In this document: positions 13,580-25,650 of the stretch, in pieces
Numbering within the stretch: position 1 is the first letter of the stretch
Layout of the letters: every line of letters starts with the position of its first letter
NCBI RefSeq assembly: GCF_032191835.1
Contig: NC_083229.1
Coordinates: 86,180,001 to 86,244,000, forward strand
DNA from: Heteronotia binoei
Taxonomy: Eukaryota
DNA length: 64,000 bases
Reading direction: 5' to 3'
The notes under the pieces: generated by a model
Database searches by the model: none
The model's input: the letters and a program-made list of their open reading frames with translations, nothing else
What the model was told of the DNA's origin: nothing
Made by a program: the position numbers and the translations under genes

Positions 13580-14150
13580 GGCCCTGTTCAGACGCACAGT
13601 ATAATCAGATGTTTCTGTTGTTTCCTTCTGGATTTAAAGTGGCTATCAGACAGCAACATCTGCCTCCTGGTATGAATTCGTGGTAACCCTCCCAATCCTT
13701 CTCAGAACCGGATTATTTTGTTACCTGCTCCTTTGCGGTGTTTTTTTAGTTCTTCGGTTTCACCTTGTAGTTTTCTCCATCTGGATAGTTCTGCTGTGAT
13801 ATTAACCAACTTCCGGATGTCTGAAGGCTGTCCCAGAACAAAACGAGTTTCAGACATCTGGTTATGGTTGCCATTTGTTTTTTTACTATTTAGCAATATG
13901 CGCATAATCGCAAAACCACATAATGTTTTAACCTATGTTCATATGTACATATGTGCGCATACATAGAATGCGCACATGCACATAATGGAAAAAAAGAGAA
14001 CTGCATGGTGTCGTCATGTGGATGGCAGAAGACAGTTTCACAGTGGAGTGATTTGAATTGCAGTATGGCAGTCTGATATCCGGAACAAAGATATTCGGAA
14101 CAGAACCGGGTCAGTTTAACACGGACTCAACATGCTGTGTGAACAGGGCC
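13580..14150. mobile_element. PIF/Harbinger-like MITE
   Basis: TIRs GGCCCTGTTCA...TGAACAGGGCC with a 3-bp TSD TTG on both sides. Confidence 0.7.
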
Positions 14151-14856
14151 TTGGTGTCTATTTCCTCTTATGCAGCCCAGATGATGCTGTTGGGTGAAGA
14201 GAGAAAGGCCTGAACAAGGGGAGTGTATCCTCTTCCCCCACTGCAAATCTGAGGGTATTTGATAGGGCTGACCTCCCAAGTAAGGATGTGTCAGATGCAA
14301 TCTTAGTTGGCACTGCTGTTTGGAATGTTGTCCTTGTATTATCTGATGACTACAGATAATTAGAACACAGTCACATGAATTTAAAAGCGCAACACATGAT
14401 TGTACATGTAGGAACTGCTTCTGACTGAAAACGTGTAAAGTGGATCAGTAGTTCTTATTCCTATGTTATGGGGATTGGTTGGGGAGATTGTCTCTAGTTC
14501 CTCCATTGACAAATTGTAGTGATGGTGAGTCAAACTCAGCCGAGCTGAGTTTGTAATTATTAGGGATGGGCGTGAACCAGTTTACAAACTAAAGTTCATG
14601 ATGAATTTTGACTGGTTTGTGGTTTATGAACTAAAATTCGTGTCTGGTCAACATGCATGAACTTTCTATGTGTTTGTGATGGTTTGTGGCAATTCATGAA
14701 TGGATACATTTTCAGACAGACAATCTTTGCACAGTCTAAATGATTACCAAACTTCAAGGCAACAGGTAGGGTGGAATTTGGAGGCCATATAGAGGAGCAT
14801 CAGGGAAGTTCCCTGCAACTTTGATGTCTCTAGCTTGTACAGGATCCATTCCATGC

Positions 14857-15368
14857 CAGGCCCGTAGCAAGGGGGTGGGCCTGAGGGTTATTGGCCCTAC
14901 CAATCAAATCTCTTTGAAACCATGATGTCCCCCTTTCAGTCCCCACACTTTGCTAGAATGTTTTGCGTGTGTTTGATGCTGCTTTGCAAAGACAATAAAG
15001 TTGTCTATGGTGCAATAAACACATGCTAAAGAAATGCATCCTTATCTATAAGCTTTGAAGGCCAGAAGTCAGTGTGAAAAAGGGGAGAGGATCTACAGTG
15101 TCAGTTGCCAGCCAGCTGGAGGAACATAATGCAGACCGAACATTTAGTCTGATACACTAGAAATATTAATAGTAGTATTCATTGTGTAGGTAATGGTTAG
15201 CATTTTTAAAAATAAACTTTAAACATCTTTTGAGTGATAAATGACTTGTCTGTATTATTTATTCATTAATTTATGTATAATATATTTAAACTAAAATGTG
15301 CCCCCCTAAATGAAAATCCTGGCTGCCCCCCCCCCCCCGCCAATTGAAAAATCCTGACTACGGGCCTG
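14857..15368. mobile_element. hAT MITE
   Basis: TIRs CAGGCCCGTAG...CTACGGGCCTG. Decayed 8-bp TSD TTCCATGC / TTCTATAC (6/8 match). Confidence 0.75.
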
Positions 15369-15631
15369 TTCTATACACTTCTGAACCTGCTCCTGTCATT
15401 TTCTCAGAAAGCACTTTACCTTCTTTGCAGGGCCATAACTTGGACCTCACAAATTCAATCCTCACAAAATCTGGGGAGCAGGTGACCCTTCCTTCGCTCC
15501 TTCCTTCCTTGCTACCTCCTTGTGATGCTGTAATACCTATCACACTCCTATCCAAGTAGGCAGTCGTGTTGAAGTAGTAGAACAAAATAGGAGTCAATTG
15601 CACCTTTAAGACCAACGTAGTTTTATTCAGA

Positions 15632-15667
15632 ATGTAAGCTTTCGTGTGCATGCACACTTCTTCAGAC
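15632..15667 (-). ncRNA. Minimal hammerhead ribozyme motif (PLE-associated)
   Basis: GT-CTGAAGA-A-GTGTGC(AT)GCACAC-GAAA-GCTT-AC. Perfect 6-bp helix II. Helix I is cut to 2 bp by the palindrome junction. Confidence 0.65.
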
Positions 15668-15710
15668 GCACACAAAAGCTTACGTTCTGAATAAAACTAA
15701 GTTGGTCTTA

Positions 15711-15993
15711 GAAGAAGAAGAAGAAGATATTGGATTTATATCCCACCCTCCACTCCGAAGAGTCTCAGAGCGGCTCACAATCTCCTTTACCTTCCTCCCC
15801 CACAACAGACACCCTGTGAGGTGGGTGGGACTAGAGAGGGCTCTCACAGCAGCTGCCCTTTCAAGGACAACCTCTGCCAGAGCTATGACTGACCCAAGGT
15901 CATGCTAGCAGGTGCAAGTGGAGGAGTGGGGAATCAAACCCGGTTCTCCCAGATAAGAGTCCTCACACTTAACCACTACACCAAACTGGCTCT
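15711..15993 (-). mobile_element. tRNA-derived SINE (Squam3-like), full length
   Basis: A and B boxes, (TTC)n tail, and an apparent TCTTA duplication at 15706-15710 and 15991-15995. Inserted into the PLE palindrome. Confidence 0.9.
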
Positions 15994-17636
15994 TAAAGGT
16001 GCAATCGACTCCTATTTTGTTCTATCCCACTCCTGTTTCTTTGGCTGGCTGCTGCCTGTTCTAAAGAGTAAGGCTATGCTTACAAAATTGCTGTGCTGTG
16101 CTGATGGATTCCCAGCCAGTGGTGGCAGCTTGAGAATCAGAAGGGAGACAACAGCTGGGATTGGTTAGCTACCACTCCTTGTTGTGTGGTTGTTCAGCAA
16201 CAGCAGCTTTTGTAGTTGGCAGATACTCCTACCAATCCCATCAACAGTTGTTGCTATTAAGCAACAATGTCCATGGCAAGCATTAAGGGGAGGATCCTGA
16301 TAGACTAGGCAGGGATATGCTATAGAAAGGACTTGGGATGGAAACATCCCTTATAGGTGACATTTATATTATGTATTATTTTTGCCATTTCTAAAGCCAC
16401 AGTAAATAAACCCAGAAATACAACACATCTATGAAACTTTGTAAAATTGATGGTATGGCCTTTAGTATTTTCTGTTCAAAATCTTGTAACAAACAGCCCG
16501 TTAAAGATATTTTACAGAATAGGTATTTAATGATAGATGCCACTTCATTGTGCATATTTTTGTAAGGGATAATCTAGATGATGTGATTGTAGTTGTTTGC
16601 ACACCTGACAGTATTATGACAGCAAATAGATAATTAGCTAGCTGACAGTGATTCTTCCACAGATACCATCAGCCATAGATGTAATGACAGGCTGCTCCCA
16701 ATTACCAAAAAATTATTGCAAGGTTGGTTGGACAATCTGAACGTGTACATAGATCAAACCATTAGTCAAACATTAGTCCAGTAGCTCAAAGCCGAGGAAA
16801 AAATTGAATTTCTATACAAGTTGAACAGCTCATATTCTTTTCAACTTTATATACATTCTATGTTAACCTCTGTGTTTTTAACAAGTCTGTCCCTACAAAA
16901 TATAAAAATATAAATACCCTTTAACCATTTTCTCAACATGGTCCCTTATAAAAAAAGGTAAAATGAAAGGAATGTGGGCCAAGAATGAAACTTCATTTTA
17001 TCCTTCCAATGCTATTTTAAGGGGTCCCAGGTTTCAATGGATTTTTATGATTGACAGATTTTGTGAAGAGATTACCACTATGTTGGTGTTGCTGATCTAA
17101 GGCCTGGTCCATAAATGCAGCAAAATGATGGTAGAGTTCTGAATTGGTAGTGATAGGCTGTGCCATTTCAGACTGCAGGGAAGAGTAAGTGGAATTGCCC
17201 CCCATGTCAGAATGAAGAGTCAGACACAAGATATTGGTAAAACTAAGGGCCACTTTATTATATAATTAAACAAGATGGCAAGGGCAACTAAAACTGTGGT
17301 CTGGTCAGGGCCAGGGGTTTCAACAGACCGCTCCCTTGCCATTAACGGGCGAGAGATCCGGCTGGGGAGCCGGGTATGTGACAGCTCCTGCCAGGCCGGC
17401 CCAGCAGGGAGGCACACCTCAGAGGGCCCAACCATCAGACGCACGTCTCAATGGAAGGCACCTTCTGGTTGAGCCTCCAGGATGGTCTGCATTCACCCAC
17501 CCTGGGTTATGAACACCCAAAGGTAGATCCTGCAAGACCCCTAACTCCCCAAAAGGGGGAGGCTTTCCGGTCTTCCCCTAGCTGCATAGCACCAAAAACC
17601 CAGTAAAACCTGCCACAACTAAGGCCAAGTCTCTAC

Positions 17637-18200
17637 TTAGGGCTTAGCACCCACCGGAAGGTCTAAAGCCAACCACAGCCCTTGCCAAATATCCCTCAAG
17701 AAAAGCATATTACCCTTTTCCGAGAGATGCACCCCATCCCCTCTGTAGAGGTTGGGATATTGTAGAAATATCCGGACGAGGCAAATAGTGGCCCAATCCA
17801 AAGCCTTACAAATCTCCTTATTCGCTCTGTAATGAGCCCTCTATTCCTGCTGGATCCCAAGCACCATGCCAAACTAGGCAGGGAATCATGGCCGACCAAA
17901 TTATAATGGTCCCCGACCATTTCTCCCTGATGTGCCTAAAATTATCTTGCGCCTGCAGGACCAAAGCCTTGCCTTTCATCAGCCCAAGTGAATGATTAAA
18001 ACCTGAGGAGGAGGGCCCACATTCCCATGAAACAACAATGACAGCAGGTCAGGCCACTGCAGACCCCGGCGCCCCTGCCATTCAACAGTAATATATTGGC
18101 TGAGTACCAGATGAGAGTCGACCGAAGTTCTCCGAGCCTGATGTACGACCCAAAACATATAGCTGTGTCCACAGATGAGAACTCTGCTCCTCTGGCCAGG
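17637..18200 (-). pseudogene. SGNH/GDSL hydrolase ORF of the Ngaro-type element (frameshifted)
   Basis: Block I VLICGHSY (GHS at 18162-18170), GRRG, block III IIHLG (the following GND is deleted), and block V LYRGDGVHLSEKG (DGVH at 17727-17738). Confidence 0.8.
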
Positions 18201-18272
18201 AATAACAGCATCTAAAAAGAAAAAAAAACAGACAAACACATAACATAACTTCCCAGCTTTCAGTAAACCAAA

Positions 18273-18911
18273 CTAAGAATGGAGCAAAGGGCGAACATAA
18301 GATTTGTACGCCAGCGACCACCAGCGACCCAGGCGCTGAATGGAGGAATAGCCCAAAGCAGCGGCCGAAGAGGCCGCCCCAATTCTAAAGGAGTAGGTAC
18401 CAAACCGCACTCCAGACGACCCCAACTGAGCTAATGCCCTAGAAGTCACCGCCCAAAACTGATGCTTAGTCAGAAGGCTGCCACCCAGATGACAAAACAA
18501 AACCCCCTCGCGGTTTCCCCACACTGCCAAATAATCAGCCAACACGGAAGCTGGGCAAAGCTCAACCTCAGAGCACGTGCCCAGCTCCAACACGGTCCCC
18601 TTGCTGTGCTGATCAGTCTTAGACCACTGCACAGCAACAGCCGCCTTTCCGGCCATCAACCTTAAATCCCAAAGCGACAAAGCCCTGTCAGAAGCATCGT
18701 TTCTGGAGCTTGCCACTAACTCACTGACCCTAAGTGCATCAAAAAAGACCACCAAAGAGGCCGCATGAAACAAAACAGACTCAAAATGAAATGCACAAAC
18801 CATACTCCAAACCCCCTTCAAACCCCTAAGAATCAAAGGTGATATGGGTTTCCTGGCGTCGGAGCCAGGCCCCATCTCCCTGGACCATCCCTCCAGCATC
18901 TTTTGCAGCAA
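18273..18911 (-). pseudogene. Tyrosine recombinase catalytic domain of the Ngaro-type element
   Basis: FFDALRVSEL (catalytic Arg), SKTDQ, YSFRIGAAS (canonical HSFR with His replaced by Tyr), and LGRWWSLAYKSYVR (catalytic Tyr). The N-terminal part is missing. Confidence 0.9.
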
Positions 18912-20080
18912 AACCTAAAGACCCAGCAGCATCAGACATAACCTGAAGCTCCGCTTCAAGCCTCATGTCCTCTCTCCAGAATGAAATCCATTAAAGGATA
19001 CCAAAAATTCCTGCCATACCCTCAGATCTTCCGCATGCTGCTGGTAACTCTAGTCCTATGCTGAGGCAAGCGCAGGCCTGCCATAGCATCACAGAACCTG
19101 CGAAGAAAAACCCGACCCGGGGCAACCACTTTGCAAGCAAAGTTAAGATGCCTGATCAATTGCTGGAGCTCAGGCAGTGTAACCTTTTTCTTGAGGAGGA
19201 AAGTACTAATCCTATTCCTTAAATCCTCCACCTTCTGAAAAGGTATTCTGGACGATTGCGCGAAGGTGTCCAACTCTATCCGCCAAAAGATAAGGCTTTG
19301 AGCCGGGCCCTCCGTTTTTTCTTTAGCCAACGGCACCCCCAACGCTGCAGCCAGCTCAATAAAGCCAGACAGCAACCGAGCGCAATGCCCAGTCCCTGCA
19401 GGACCCACAAAAAGGTAGTCATCCAAATAATGGACAACATCCTGCAAACCCACTTTTTCGTGCACAGCCCATTCCAAGAACGTGCTGAAACACTCAAAAG
19501 CTGCACATGATACAGAGCAGCCCATAGGCAAAGCCCTGTCCGTGTAAAATGCCATGCAAAAGAAAAACCGAAGAGCTCAAAATCATCCGGATGGACAGGG
19601 AGAAGGCAAAAAGCAGATTTAATATCGCATTTAGCCAACTCTGCCCCCTGCCCACAGTGTTGAACGACGCCCACGGCCTGATCAAAGCTAGTATATCTAA
19701 TTGAGCATAATTGCCCAGGAATCCCGTCATAACAGAAGAATCCTTAGGATAGGAAAGGTGGTGAATCAAATGAAATTCACCAGGCGCTTTCTTTGGTACT
19801 ACCCCCAAAAGGGAAACTCTAAGGTTAACCACCGGAGGAGTAAGAAAGGGGTCCAAAATCCTGCCTTCAGCTAGCTCCTTGGCGATCTTATCCTCTACCA
19901 CATGCTCTAAACCCTTAACTGAACTAAGGTTCCGAGACCGGGTTGGGACCCGAGCACCCTGAAAAGGAATTCTAAAACTGAACGTGAAACCATTTAACAA
20001 ATATAACCTATCTGCCGTCTGTGGGTAACTACGCAGCCACCGCTCAAGAGGTCCCACCTTTATCGGACTGGGCCCCTTTT
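18912..20080 (-). pseudogene. Reverse transcriptase plus the start of RNase H of the Ngaro-type element (frameshifted)
   Basis: SLLGVVPKKAPGEFHLIHHLSYP, AKCDIKSAF, LPMGCSVSC, VVHYLDDYLFVG (YLDD), GHLNFACKVV-type region, and the RNase H start VMSDAAGSLGF. Confidence 0.9.
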
Positions 20081-20139
20081 CCAGTTTGGGAAGCACTCCC
20101 ACTCCCACCCTGTCTCTTTTGGCCCTTACGTGGCCGAAC

Positions 20140-21411
20140 TCTGGGGCAGCTGCTAAAGGAGTGCGGACCTCCACACATGGGGCATTCGTGCTTGAACTGG
20201 CAAGCTTTCCGATTGCACACTCCCTATGAACCAAACTCCCAACAAAGCAAGCGGGGTTGAACTGCCTGCCCCGTTGAACTGCGGGAAGATGATGACGAAG
20301 CAGAGAGAGAAGTGGATGCCTTAGCAACCAAATGACCACTATCAGAGCGGTCACCCAAATTAGGCCTTGCCGGTGACATCACCTGCAGCCACAGTTGTTG
20401 ATGGATCCAGTCCCACTGGAGGGAAGCGTACAAAGCAGCCCTCATCCTGAATTCCTTGTCATACTGAATCCAGGCCGGGCCACTAAACATTGTATACCTT
20501 TGGTAAATAATATCCATATACTGGATGAGCGCTGCCGCCTGCCAAGGCTGAGCACACGCTATCACTCCAGCATATACAAAAAACCCTGGCAGCCAATTGG
20601 CCCAGTTCCGATCCACCTTCTGCTTTTTCAACTTCCCCCAACTCCCGAAACAGGAGGGAAAAAATGTCCACATACTCTCCCTTTAAAATTGTGTCCTTTG
20701 TTGCAGGCAACAAATGATCGCCTAAAGGTAAAGCGACGTCTCCAAAAGGCATAGCAGTGAAACGGACCGCCCCATAGGGAGAAGGAAATGCCCATCCCCC
20801 CCCCCCAAAGGAAGGTGCAAACCCCTGCTGCCCAGCCACCGGCCAACTCCCATAAGAACCAAGATGGCCCTGCGGCCATGGCCAATTAGCCTGAGGACCT
20901 ACACTCATGGTGGAAGGTGAACCCCCAGAAACAGTGCCAGGAACATTAGGTGTGGCTGGACCCCATGCTCCCCAAGGCCAGACAAGCCCTATATATGCCA
21001 TTGCACTGTCTCCAGACTTACCTGGCATTCCAGCAGGCACCAGTGCCGATCCAGATCCCACATCACCCGAAGAGGGGCCTGATCCAGCATCCGAAGTGCC
21101 GAGCCCCAGAACTCTTCCCAACAGCATTTCCAGCAGACATACCCTCCAAAATAGACAACCTGGTTAATATGTCAGCTTGAAATGCCAATTTGGAGACCTT
21201 CCCCCCATCCAAACCTTGCGAAAGTGAAACACCAGATGCATGCTCCAGGGCCCGCAGTCTCTGCAAAATAGCCACGGTCACCACATCCTCCCCCTCCTCA
21301 TCAGAAGATGAAGGCGGCAGAGGACGCTTTTGTGGAGGCTTAAGAGCTTTTTTCACAGGCTGTTTGCCTTTTGACTTCCCTGTCCCTTTGTGCCTGGACA
21401 TACTCCTGGAG
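20140..21411 (-). pseudogene. Gag-like ORF1 of the Ngaro-type element (frameshifted)
   Basis: MSRHKGTGKSKGKQP..., GEYVDIFSLL, W..YDKEFRMR, and a C-terminal CWEF...CNRKACQFKHECPMCGGPHSFSSC zinc-finger pair. Confidence 0.75.
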
Positions 21412-24400
21412 TAATCACAGATGACAGATGAAACCCACAACAACCAATAGCCCTATGCAGGCACCTTATAATCAATAACCCAACCCAAAATGGCTCCCAA
21501 TTCAAGGCAGCACCCAAAATGTCTGCCAAATATCTGCCCCTACAGTGGCCGTCATCCAGTAAAAGGAGTTAAATAAAATGCCACCAAGCCCCCCAAAAGG
21601 CAGGAACCCACAAATAAGTAACCACCAATTACCACAAGTAGCCACCAATTACCAACCTAATACTCCCACCAAAGCCAAAGAGAAAAAACACCCCCAACAG
21701 AAAGCTCAGTCTTAACTAAGTCCTTGGGAGGAGGGGTGGTGGTTAGAGGGGAGCTTCACGCGCCGTGAACAAAGAAGAAAGGAAAAGATTTTTTTTAAAA
21801 GTCGACACTGCCCTCCTGGCTCAGGATCAGCCACACAATGACCCAAACGGGAGCAGGCACGCTCCCACAGACAGACCCAACGAACCTAGTCCACGCTTTA
21901 TCAGTACGCCTGACAGAACACCAAACACCCAGCCCCAAAGGGCCTGAACGGAGGCCTAATCCCTCGAAACTGGCTCAGAGCGCCACAAAAACGCTCCTGC
22001 TGAGCCAGGCTATCCACGAGGGACTGAAGATGAGGGCGGAGGCCTGGCTGTTACAGCGTCCAAGCCCCGCCCCCTGAAACGGATGGATTATATGTGCACT
22101 TGAAAACAGGGTTTCTATCACATTATCAACTCATCTGTCGTTATGGTACCTGTGCAATCCCACATACATTCAATTCACAAGCCTTTTTCAGCATGAAGAC
22201 GGAGTGCCCTTTGCCCTTGCCTCACTCCTCTTTCTGCCACCTCTGAAAAAGGATGCATTCAGTGAAGCTCTTCTTCTTCATGAAAGTTAAAACTGGACTT
22301 TTCCACAGCTCTTTTTTCTCAGGCTTTTCATTGTCATTGCTTGTCAAGGAGACATCCTCTCACACTTAATTTTGGGTTTTTCTTTGAGGAAGTCATTTTT
22401 CTTTGGAAAACAGGGTGAATTCTTATTATCCTATATTTGTGGAAAATATAAGGAAATAAAAGAAACTTGACTTCAGAGGTGCCAAGAGAGCAAAAGGTCC
22501 TTTGATATGGCTAAAAAAAAAAATCAATTTAAAAATGTTCAGTTTGTGGGGCAAAAATTTCCAATCCAGTGACTGCACAATGTTGTTTTTTGTCTCAGTG
22601 AGGAGCATGACATTTCCAGATGCTCCATCCGCAAACAGTTTACACTGAAAGCCAGGCATGACTGAGCCTCCTGCCTTTAAGATGGCATTATGGGATAATG
22701 CTCATTCCAGTTCAGTGTCTGACACCATCCCAGCTGGTGCCTCTCCAAAACCCCAAGAGACAGGCTCATTCTTCATTAGTTCCAACAGCTCCAGCACTGG
22801 ATCCAACATCTTTGGACCCAACCTTGATTACAGCAATCTCAAACTTTGAACCTGCCATCTCCAAGCTGCAGTGTCTCAGAGCTGCCTCCAAAGAAAGTTC
22901 ATCACAAGCATCATAAGACACCAAATCCTGCCTCAGGCAAAACAATTCTGTCACATTCTTGTTCCAATATATGGATCCATAAAGGGCCCCTTTCAATTCC
23001 ATTTAAGAATTTGTATTTGAATTGAATAGTTTTCCAGCAGTAGGAGAATGGAACCAAACAATGGATTCCTGGAGTATGTGTCTCTAACTAGAATACATGA
23101 GGTTTCTTGTTAGATGCTTTTGGAATTTTTCTTGTTAAGAAAACTTGTTTAAGAATAGTTTGTGTATTTATTTGAACAGTGGGTAATTCTTTGATATCTT
23201 TCATAAAAATAGCATAGATATGGGATAATGCAACATTCCTGAAATTAACTGATACTTGAAAAGCAGATTTAAGACAGATGGCAGGTGACGTGCATTAGCA
23301 AAACAGGATCAATTCATTTATTTTTTGGCAATTAGGAATGATATTTTTAGAAAACTTACAGTAACTGTTCTGCTGCATCTCTTCTCAATTCATCACCTCC
23401 AGATTTTTCTCCTGCCAATAAACTGTAAAGCTACATATTTCTGTTTAAGGGACAATGAATGAAATGCTTATTGTAGTACTGAAACTAACCACAGATATCA
23501 AATGAATTTATTAATTAACTAAATATATATATGTATATTCCACCTTTTCTTGTGGTTCAAGGCAGCTTACAAATCATAATAAAAAACAATAATTTAAAAA
23601 CAATAAACTAAAGGTGTTCATTTTCCTTCTAGCCAAAGGATATAAAAACAACATGTAATCACTGGATGAGTTTCTACCAAGTATCTGTGCTTGAGAGTTG
23701 TGATATATTCCATTGCTTATGTAATTAAACCACTGGAATCCTATGCTACCTCTATCTCACTGTTCTTCAGGAACGCAGGCACTCTTTGAGTCTTCCTAAA
23801 ATTGAATAGGGGCAATAGTTCAATGAACTCCACTCTAATCCTTATTCTTTTAGTTTCTGCATAAGATTTGATTGGATTATTTATTTATTTATATTTGGAT
23901 TTATGAATCGACCAGTCCATGCTACTGCAGGGCTCTGGGTGATGCACAATAATGAAAAAAATCAAACATAAGATAAAACATTTAAATAACATTTATACCA
24001 TAATTTAAAAGATATTCAGATGGTGAAATTATTTCTAGTTTCAGACAGCTGACTACTCAGGTGGGGGAGGGAAAAAGAATACCTGATGGTATTTGGCAGA
24101 GAATTCCACCAGGTTGGGGCCAGGACTGAAAAGACCCTGGTCCAAGACAATTAGATTTCTTTAGGGATGTGAAACCACCAGTAAGTTGTCCAAAGAGCAT
24201 AACACTCTCCTGTTGTTGGTGGCCTGACAGTATTCTCTTCCATTAAATGTAATTTAAGCTTCAATTTTATGCATACTACTCTGGGAGTAAGGCCCACTAG
24301 CTATAATTAGACTTACAAGTAAACATGCAAATAAGCATGCATTTGATTTAACTATTGGAAGATGTCAGTGGAATGAGCATCACTTGTGAAGGCTAATGAG

Positions 24401-24413
24401 GCAGCTCTCTATT

Positions 24414-24700
24414 ATGATGATATTGGTGATGATGATATTGGATTTATATTCCGCCCTCCACTCCGAAGAGTCTCAGAGCGGCTCACAATCTCCTTTACCT
24501 TCCTCCACCACAACAGACACCCTGTGAGGTGGGTGGGCTGGAGAGGGCTCTCCCAGCAGCTGCCCTTTCAAGGACAACCTCTGCCAGAGCTATAGCTGAT
24601 CCAAGGCCATGCTAGCAGGTGCAAGTGGAGGATTGGGGAATCAAACCCAATTCTCCCAGATAAGAGTCTGCACACTTAACCACTACACCAAACTGGCTCT
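24414..24700 (-). mobile_element. tRNA-derived SINE (Squam3-like), full length
   Basis: A and B boxes on the minus strand and an (ATC)n tail. High similarity to 15711-15993. Confidence 0.9.
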
Positions 24701-25280
24701 ATAACAAGGCACAGTATTCATAACATTTAAGAAAACAGACCCTACCCAATTAGGCTTCCTATTTAAATTGTAAATAATGCATAAAATAGAGGAAGAAAAA
24801 TAAAATACCAAAATAAAATATTGGACAATTTTGTGATAGATTTGTTAAGTGGAAAAAAAGCAGCAGAACCAAGAAAGTGAATATATAGTAATGACATTTT
24901 GTGAATATGCAGTAATGAATATACAGTACGACATTTTTATCCCATCTGAGCTACATGGCTTTCTTCTTCTCCATTCCTCCATTCCTCACAACAACACTGT
25001 GAGCTAGGTTACACTGAGTTAGACCAAGGGCATTGAACTGATTTGTTACAAGAACTGGATCTGACAACAGTCCAAATTAGACAAAATAAATGGGAACCTT
25101 CAAGGACTTGCGGGCGGTATCTCTTTCCCCTCTCCCCCATTATTTTCTATCTCATCTTTCTGAAGCCCCATAGCCTCTCCCCTTTTCCTGCTTCCTTATT
25201 TCCTTATAGAGTTGTTGCCCTTTAGTTGGGCCTGGAGGTGTCCTGTAATCACAAGCATCTACAGAGATCAATTCTCCTCT

Positions 25281-25650
25281 TAAGTTTTCCAGCTCCAGGT
25301 TGGGAAATCCCTGGTGATTTGGTGGTGGAACTTTGGAAGGGAGGATGAGGTTTGGGGAAGGTAGTGACCTCTGCAGGGTGTAATGCCATAGAGTCCACCC
25401 TCTAAAGTAGCTGTTTTCTCCAGGGGAACTGATCGCTGTTATCTGGAGAGCCGTTGTAATTCTAGGTGATCTTTTGTCCCCACTTAGAGGTTCACAGCCA
25501 TAGTTTCAATGGAGGAAATGGCTGCATTGGAGGGTTTAGTCTATGGCTTTACACTCCTTTGAGGTCCCTTCCTTCTTCAAATCCCACAGTCCCCAGACTC
25601 CCCCCCCCCCAAATCTCTAGGAATGTCCTAATCTGGAGTTGGCAACTTTA
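25281..25650. mobile_element. hAT-like palindromic MITE (TAGGGTTGCCA-type ends), decayed
   Basis: Ends taagttttccagctccagg...ctggagttggcaacttta. The two halves are inverted copies. Flanks TCTCCTCT / TCTCCTTC. Confidence 0.6.

Larger units (their letters stand above)
15553..16024. mobile_element. Palindromic Penelope-like terminal-repeat remnant (two inverted 3' ends), interrupted by a SINE
   Basis: Left arm tagaacaaaataggagtcaattgcacctttaagaccaac...aagctttcgtgtgc is the inverse of the right arm (15668-15710 plus 15996-16024). Same terminal sequence as the PLE 3' end at 58990-59085. Confidence 0.8.
17240..22080 (-). mobile_element. Tyrosine-recombinase (DIRS-order) retrotransposon, Ngaro-type, decayed
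   Basis: Minus-strand order is gag-like ORF1 with Zn fingers, RT, truncated RNase H, tyrosine recombinase (YR), then SGNH hydrolase. AATAAA lies near the 3' end (tttatt at about 17254). GTTT occurs at both junctions. Many frameshifts and stops. Confidence 0.85.
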
